A stretch of 64,000 bases of DNA from an uncultured Bacteroidales bacterium. Its GTDB lineage: Bacteria > Bacteroidota > Bacteroidia > Bacteroidales > UBA12077. The stretch is taken from the NCBI GenBank assembly GCA_964504155.1, contig CAZDCZ010000001.1, positions 28,451 through 92,450 of the forward strand. The letters run 5' to 3'. The notes under the pieces were generated by a model. It had not been told where the DNA came from. It did no database searches and saw nothing but the letters and a program-made list of their open reading frames with translations. Shown piece after piece: positions 58,369 to 64,000 of this stretch; position 1 is the first letter of the stretch, and each line of letters starts with the position of its first letter. A program made the position numbers and the translations under genes.

Positions 58369-59109
58369 TTATTTTATTAAACTATTTTTCTTTACTCCTG
58401 TATAAATTGTAACAATTCCAAATGTTAATCTTTGTAGCGAACAATTACTAAATCCTGCTACTTTTAGTTCGTTAATAAAATTATTATTATCGGGGAAATT
58501 ATTTACCGATTCGGGTAAATATCTGTATGCTGAATTGTCTTTAGAAAACACTTTTCCTATTAGCGGTAAAATTATATTAAAATAGAAATTATAAAATTGC
58601 TTTATCGGGAAAATGCTTGGTTTTGAAAATTCAAGAACTGCAAAAGTACTATTTGGTTTTAATACTCTATAAATTTCATTTATTCCATTTTTAAGATTTT
58701 CGAAATTTCGTACTCCAAAAGCTACAATTACTCCATCAAACATATTATTGGGGAACTCTAACTTTTCAGAGTCTCCTTTTTGCAATATTATTTTTTGATT
58801 TAAAAATTTCTTTTTAATTTTTTTTCTGCCAATTAACAACATTTCTTCTGAAATATCGATGCCAATAATTTTCTTAGGATTTAGTTTAGCAGCTTGAATA
58901 GCAAAATCGGCAGTTCCTGTTGCAATATCAAGAATAATTGAATTATCTGATATTCTTGTTAAATATTTTATTGCCTTTTTTCGCCAATACTTATCAATAC
59001 CAAAAGACAAAAAATGATTTAAAAAATCATAACGTCGAGCAATATTATTAAACATTGAAGCAATTTGTTCTTTTTTGCTCGACTTAAGATTCTTATACGG
59101 AGTAGTCAC
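58369..59109 (-). CDS. menG: Demethylmenaquinone/ubiquinone methyltransferase
   Basis: YDFLNHFLSFGIDKYWRK..LDIATGTADF, typical of the UbiE/MenG SAM-methyltransferase family. Confidence 0.88.
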   Translation of the reverse strand: MTTPYKNLKSSKKEQIASMFNNIARRYDFLNHFLSFGIDKYWRKKAIKYLTRISDNSIILDIATGTADFAIQAAKLNPKKIIGIDISEEMLLIGRKKIKKKFLNQKIILQKGDSEKLEFPNNMFDGVIVAFGVRNFENLKNGINEIYRVLKPNSTFAVLEFSKPSIFPIKQFYNFYFNIILPLIGKVFSKDNSAYRYLPESVNNFPDNNNFINELKVAGFSNCSLQRLTFGIVTIYTGVKKNSLIK

Positions 59110-59120
59110 AAATTTCTATT

Positions 59121-61340
59121 TTACTTTTCTAAAATGTTTTCGAGAGCGCTATTATATAATTTTTTAATATCATGAATAAAACCATATGAATTATCGTCAA
59201 CACGAAGTTCCGATTTTGTTACATGACCAAGAGCAGAGAATGACACTTTTTTCTCCATTAATAAATCAATAAAACGGTCTTCCTTAGAAGCCGATACAGT
59301 AACAATCACTCTACTTTGCGATTCTCCAAATAAGAATGCATCTTTTCTAACTTCGGCGTCGGCAGTAATATCAAAACCATATCCTTTTGAAATAGATGAC
59401 TCTACAAGAGATATAAATAAACCTCCATCAGAAACATCATGAGCCGAATTTATTAAATTTGATTTTATTAAGATTTTAATTGCCTCTTGTATTTTATTTT
59501 CTTCTTTTATATCGAAATATGGCGAAGGCGACTTCTCAATATTATGAATGTAAGTTAAATATTCGGAAGAAGATATATCGTTTTTCGACTCTCCTATAAG
59601 GAAAATCATATCTCCTTTATTTTTAAAAGCCATTGTCATTTGATGATTTTTATCAGCAACAACACCTAACATTCCAATTGTAGGAGTAGGAAATATTGGT
59701 TCTACTTTTCCATCAACCAACATTTGATTATAAAAGCTTACATTACCACCTGTAACCGGAGTATTAAAGTTTTTACATGCTTTACTCATTCCCTTTATTG
59801 TATTAACAAATTGCCAATACACTTCAGGATTATAAGGGTTTCCAAAATTAAGACAATTAGTAATTGCCAACGGTTCGCCTCCCGAGCATACAATATTTCT
59901 AGCAGCTTCTGCAACAGCAATAGCAGTTCCTTCTTCCGGATTAGCTTTCACATATCTTGAATTACAATCGACTGTTAATGCTAAAGCTTTATTAGTATCT
60001 TTAATATTATATAATCCTGCATCCGATGGGAAATTAGTTGACATATTACTCGTTCCAACCATGGTATCGTATTGTTCTATCACCCATTTTTTTGATGCCA
60101 AATTAGGATTTTGAATTAACTGCAAGGCTACTTCTCTATAATTTGTTGGTTCGGGAACATCATTAATATTAAATTTCTGATATTCTTTAAAATATTTAGG
60201 TTCGGTATATTCTCTATCGTAAATAGGAGCTCCTCCGCCCAATACAAGATTCGAAGCCGGCACATCAGCTACTAATTCGTTATTGTAATAAAAATACAAA
60301 TTATCTTCATCTATAACCTCTCCGATAATTGCACAATGCAAATCCCATCTATCAAAAATTTCTTCAACAATTTTCTCTTCACCTTTTTCTACAACCACAA
60401 GCATTCTTTCTTGCGATTCTGAAAGTAATATCTCGAATGGAAGCATATCTTTCTGGCGTAATGGAACCTTATCTAATTCGATTTTCATTCCCATTCCACC
60501 TTTTTCCGACATTTCTGATGTAGAACAAATAATACCGGCTGCTCCCATATCTTGCATTCCAACAACAGCACCTGTTTTATTTAATTCTAAAGTAGCTTCT
60601 AATAATAGTTTTTCCATAAATGGATCGCCAACTTGTACTGAAGGCAAATCATCGGCAGAATTTTCATTTAAATCGGCAGAAGCAAATGTTGCTCCATGAA
60701 TTCCGTCCTTTCCTGTTGATGATCCAACAATATATACAGGATTTCCTTTTCCTTTTGCAATTGCCGAAATAAGATCGTCTTTATTCATTAAACCAACCGA
60801 CATAGCATTAACAAGAGGATTTGTGTTATAACATTTATTAAATGATAATTCACCTCCTATCACAGGCACACCAAATGCATTACCATAATCGCCAATTCCT
60901 TTAACTACTCCTTTTAAATGCCACTTTGTTCTCTCTTTATCGAGACTACCAAATCGTAAAGAATTAAGCTGAGCCACAGGACGAGCACCCATAGTAAAAA
61001 TATCGCGATTGATTCCTCCAACACCGGTTGCAGCACCTTGATATGGCTCTACTGCCGATGGATGATTATGAGATTCTATTTTAAAAGCACAAGCCATGTC
61101 ATCTCCAATATCAACTAATCCTGCATTTTCTTCTCCAGCACTTACTAATAATTGTTTTCCATCGCGAGGCAAAGTCTTTAAATACTTAATAGAATTTTTA
61201 TACGATGCATGTTCTGACCACATTACAGAAAAAATACTTAATTCCGTAAAATTTGGAGTATGTCCTAATATCTCCTTAATCTTTTCAAATTCTTCGGGCA
61301 ACAGGCCTAAATCTTTGGCAACATCAACAGTAACTTTCAT
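59121..61340 (-). CDS. purL: Phosphoribosylformylglycinamidine synthase subunit PurL
   Basis: 739-aa small-type PurL (SEHASYKNS, ESHNHPSAVEPYQGAATGVGG, duplicated AIR-synthase-like domains). Confidence 0.95.
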   Translation of the reverse strand: MKVTVDVAKDLGLLPEEFEKIKEILGHTPNFTELSIFSVMWSEHASYKNSIKYLKTLPRDGKQLLVSAGEENAGLVDIGDDMACAFKIESHNHPSAVEPYQGAATGVGGINRDIFTMGARPVAQLNSLRFGSLDKERTKWHLKGVVKGIGDYGNAFGVPVIGGELSFNKCYNTNPLVNAMSVGLMNKDDLISAIAKGKGNPVYIVGSSTGKDGIHGATFASADLNENSADDLPSVQVGDPFMEKLLLEATLELNKTGAVVGMQDMGAAGIICSTSEMSEKGGMGMKIELDKVPLRQKDMLPFEILLSESQERMLVVVEKGEEKIVEEIFDRWDLHCAIIGEVIDEDNLYFYYNNELVADVPASNLVLGGGAPIYDREYTEPKYFKEYQKFNINDVPEPTNYREVALQLIQNPNLASKKWVIEQYDTMVGTSNMSTNFPSDAGLYNIKDTNKALALTVDCNSRYVKANPEEGTAIAVAEAARNIVCSGGEPLAITNCLNFGNPYNPEVYWQFVNTIKGMSKACKNFNTPVTGGNVSFYNQMLVDGKVEPIFPTPTIGMLGVVADKNHQMTMAFKNKGDMIFLIGESKNDISSSEYLTYIHNIEKSPSPYFDIKEENKIQEAIKILIKSNLINSAHDVSDGGLFISLVESSISKGYGFDITADAEVRKDAFLFGESQSRVIVTVSASKEDRFIDLLMEKKVSFSALGHVTKSELRVDDNSYGFIHDIKKLYNSALENILEK

Positions 61341-61634
61341 AATATTAATTCTTTATATAAATATCGATTGGTAAAAAGATTTAACAAATATAACTAACTA
61401 ATAAATCATAACATCAAAAAAAAATATTTTTTTATTCCAAATTCAATATTTGAAGTTTTCATTAAAAATAAATTAGAATACGTAAATTCTTGAGAATTCA
61501 AATTTTTCTGTTCTAAAACTTTTTGAAACTCACTAACTGATAATTTAGGCTTTATAATATTTTTAGTTAATTTTATCAATTCAAAATATATCTTTATCTA
61601 AATATAATTTATTGACTTTTAAATACATAACTAC

Positions 61635-62393
61635 ATGAATAAAATTGCACTAATTACCGGAGCTACATCCGGCATTGGCAAAGCCACATCGATTAAACTA
61701 GCAGAAAACAATTTTGATATAATAATTACAGGACGTAGAAAAGAAAAATTACTATTGCTTGAGAAAGAAATTACTTCAAAATGTAATAGCAAAGTTCATA
61801 TTTTAAATTTCGATGTACGAAATAATTCTGAGGTAGAAAAAGCTATAGACAGTCTTCCTGAACAATGGAAAAATATAGAAATATTAGTAAACAATGCAGG
61901 TTTAGCCGTTGGACTAAATCATATTTATGAAGGCGAAATTGACGATTGGGAAAGAATGATTGATACTAATATTAAGGGCATTTTATATATGACAAGAAAA
62001 ATATCGCCCATAATGATACAGAACAATAATGGACATATTGTAAATATTGGATCAACAGCCGGAAAAGAAGTATATGAAAATGGAAATGTTTATTGCAGCA
62101 CAAAACATGCCGTTGATGCTTTAACAAAAGCTATGCGTATTGATATGCTTAAACATAAGATAAAAGTTACAGGCATAAATCCGGGTATGGTAGAAACAGA
62201 ATTTTCGTTAGTTCGTTTTAAGGGCGACAAGCAAAGAGCCGACAATGTGTACAGTGGACTAACTCCTCTATACGGAGAAGATATTGCCGAAGCTATATTA
62301 TTTGCTGTTACTCGTCCAAAGCATGTTGTAATAAACGATATGGTAATTACAGCAACAGCTCAGGCAAATTCTTTTTACAGGATAAAAGATTAA
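61635..62393 (+). CDS. SDR-family NADP-dependent 3-hydroxy-acid/serine dehydrogenase (YdfG-like)
   Basis: TGATSGIG, NNAG and Y..SK catalytic motifs, collinear with E. coli YdfG as I recall it. Confidence 0.8.
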   Translation: MNKIALITGATSGIGKATSIKLAENNFDIIITGRRKEKLLLLEKEITSKCNSKVHILNFDVRNNSEVEKAIDSLPEQWKNIEILVNNAGLAVGLNHIYEGEIDDWERMIDTNIKGILYMTRKISPIMIQNNNGHIVNIGSTAGKEVYENGNVYCSTKHAVDALTKAMRIDMLKHKIKVTGINPGMVETEFSLVRFKGDKQRADNVYSGLTPLYGEDIAEAILFAVTRPKHVVINDMVITATAQANSFYRIKD

Positions 62394-62449
62394 TATTATA
62401 ATTCATACTTTAAATTGCAATAATTAAAAACAAATAATATCACGTTATT

Positions 62450-63520
62450 ATGTATAGTATTAAATATTTAAAAGATTTTACAAGTCAGGTATTTCAAAAA
62501 ATAGGTTGTTGTAAAGACGATGCCACAACAATAGCACAAATATTAACAGCAGCAGAGAAACGAGGTATTCCATCGCATGGGATGATTCGAATAAAAGATT
62601 ATTATCAGTTATGGGAAAAAGGAAGAATTAATGTAAATCCCAATATTAAAATAGAACACGAAACTCCAAGTACGGCTGTTGTGAATGGCGATGGATCTTT
62701 TGGTATGGTTGCAGCAAAAAAGTCTATGCAAATTGCAATTGAAAAGGCAAAAAATGTAGGCACAGGATGGGTATCGACAAAAAACTCGAATCATTTTGGC
62801 ATTGCAGGATTTTATTCTATGATGGCTTTAGAACAAGATATGATTGGTATTGCTATGACAAATGCAAACGCTTTAGTAGCTCCTACTTTCTCGAAAAGCA
62901 AATTTCTAGGAACCAATCCGATTGCAGTAGCAGTACCTACAGGAAAATACCCTTCGTTTATTGCCGATTTTGCAACTTCTCCAATTGCTCGAGGTAAACT
63001 TGCTATAATGGGTAAAAAAGGAGAGACTGTGCCAATAGGATTTGTTCAGGATAAAGATGGCATTCCTTCAACCGACCCCGATATTATTACTCGTGGCGGG
63101 GCTATTCTTCCGTTAGGTGGCGATTCCACTCATGGCAGTCATAAGGGATATTGTTTAAGTTCGATAGTTGATATATTCTCGGCCGTATTATCGGGGGCTA
63201 ATTTCGGTCCATTCGTTCCTCCTCAAGTAGCATATTTGCCACTAAAGGACGAATCGGTTGGAGAAGGTTTAGGACATTTCTTTGGAGCTATGCGAATAGA
63301 TGCATTCCAAAAAGCTGATGATTTTAAAGCACAAATGGATAAATGGGTTGAGACATTTAAAAATGCTCAAAGTGCCAACGGACAACCAGAGGTAATGATA
63401 CCCGGTGAACCGGAAAGAAAAATGGAAGAAAAAACCTGTAAAGAGGGCATTAATCTACTTCCATCTGTTAAAGACGACCTTTTAAAAATTGCAAGCATTT
63501 TAAATATAGAATTCGAATAA
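62450..63520 (+). CDS. Ldh_2-family (malate/L-lactate/ureidoglycolate-type) oxidoreductase
   Basis: GIPSHGMIR..NSNHFGIAG..GTNPIA..GSHKGY are motifs of the type-2 Ldh family. Confidence 0.75.
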   Translation: MYSIKYLKDFTSQVFQKIGCCKDDATTIAQILTAAEKRGIPSHGMIRIKDYYQLWEKGRINVNPNIKIEHETPSTAVVNGDGSFGMVAAKKSMQIAIEKAKNVGTGWVSTKNSNHFGIAGFYSMMALEQDMIGIAMTNANALVAPTFSKSKFLGTNPIAVAVPTGKYPSFIADFATSPIARGKLAIMGKKGETVPIGFVQDKDGIPSTDPDIITRGGAILPLGGDSTHGSHKGYCLSSIVDIFSAVLSGANFGPFVPPQVAYLPLKDESVGEGLGHFFGAMRIDAFQKADDFKAQMDKWVETFKNAQSANGQPEVMIPGEPERKMEEKTCKEGINLLPSVKDDLLKIASILNIEFE

Positions 63521-63615
63521 TATTTTTTATATATAAATATTTAGTAATCAATATTTATATATGCCAAACAAATGCTATAAACATCGTAGAGTTATTATTA
63601 AAATATTACAAAAAT

Positions 63616-64000
63616 ATGCAAACACAAATTTTAAAAAAGAATGTACTAATACTAGTAATATTATTTTCGATTGGGATAAAATCTATTGCATGTACTACAG
63701 CTATAATTTCGGGAAAATATACTAAAGATGGAAGACCATTATTATGGAAGTTGCGCGATACCGATAAACATCAAAATAAATTAATGTATTTTATCGACGG
63801 GAAATATAACTACATCGGTCTTGTTAACTCAATAGATATTAAAGGAGAAGAAGTATGGGCAGGAACAAACAGCACAGGATTTTCTATAATGAATGCTGCT
63901 TCGTACAATGTAAATATTGAGAACCCTAACGAATTCAAAGATCAGGAAGGGAAAATAATGAAGTTAGCACTTCAACAATGTGCTACACTTAACGATTTTG
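63616..64000 (+). CDS. Secreted N-terminal-nucleophile (Cys) hydrolase-like protein; 3' end outside the window
   Basis: Absent from the ORF track because there is no stop in the window. My translation gives MQTQILKKNVLILVILFSIGIKSIACTTAIISGKYTKDGRPLLWKLRDT, a signal peptide followed by a Cys that would become the N-terminal nucleophile (C45/choloylglycine-hydrolase-like pattern). Confidence 0.45.
   Translation, partial: MQTQILKKNVLILVILFSIGIKSIACTTAIISGKYTKDGRPLLWKLRDTDKHQNKLMYFIDGKYNYIGLVNSIDIKGEEVWAGTNSTGFSIMNAASYNVNIENPNEFKDQEGKIMKLALQQCATLNDF

Noticed and set aside
1-64000. A search for CRISPR arrays, rRNA genes, IS elements with transposases and terminal inverted repeats, and prophage genes.
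   Set aside because: I found none. There are no regularly spaced direct repeats, no rRNA-like conserved segments and no transposase-like or phage-like ORFs in the six-frame track.

Overview
Strongly AT-rich chromosomal window, probably Bacteroidota. Evidence for the phylum: an S46 dipeptidyl-peptidase, a PorT-like barrel next to menG/ubiE, DUF3467 downstream of rpoC, and TAnnTTTG-type -7 boxes. All calls rest on reading the supplied translations and the DNA by eye; no database search was possible.

The right two-thirds (24.9-64 kb) is ordinary core genome:
- The classical tRNA(Thr-Tyr-Gly-Thr)-tuf-tRNA(Trp)-secE-nusG-rplKAJL-rpoBC block.
- rpsU, hpf, purL, fbaB, menG, kdsC and maf.
- An etfBA plus acyl-CoA dehydrogenase operon, assorted transporters and an Omp85 protein.

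The left 24.5 kb is the interesting part, a dense [FeFe]-hydrogenase island. It holds three paralogous HydABC-type operons:
1. A divergent one (positions 1-3891), with an altered H-cluster L1 motif and altered flavin-site motifs.
2. A canonical bifurcating-type hydD-B-A-C set (7789-12293).
3. One with a truncated 387-aa HydB and a TSCSP L1 motif (21075-24553).

The island also holds two hydrogenase-like sensor modules:
- A HydS(PAS) plus PP2C phosphatase operon (4122-7542).
- A six-gene set (DRTGG, RsbW-like kinase, HydS-like protein, DRTGG, PHP, GHKL ATPase) fused to the front of the canonical operon (12364-16120).

A pair of output-less two-component proteins sits between the operons.

All three hydrogenase operons are preceded by the same roughly 55-bp architecture. 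It consists of a TGTTA-N6-TAACA palindrome, an AAAAATAACAAA block and a Bacteroidetes-type -7 box, which suggests one shared, unidentified (Rex- or CRP/FNR-like) regulator.

I saw no rRNA, CRISPR array, IS element or prophage.
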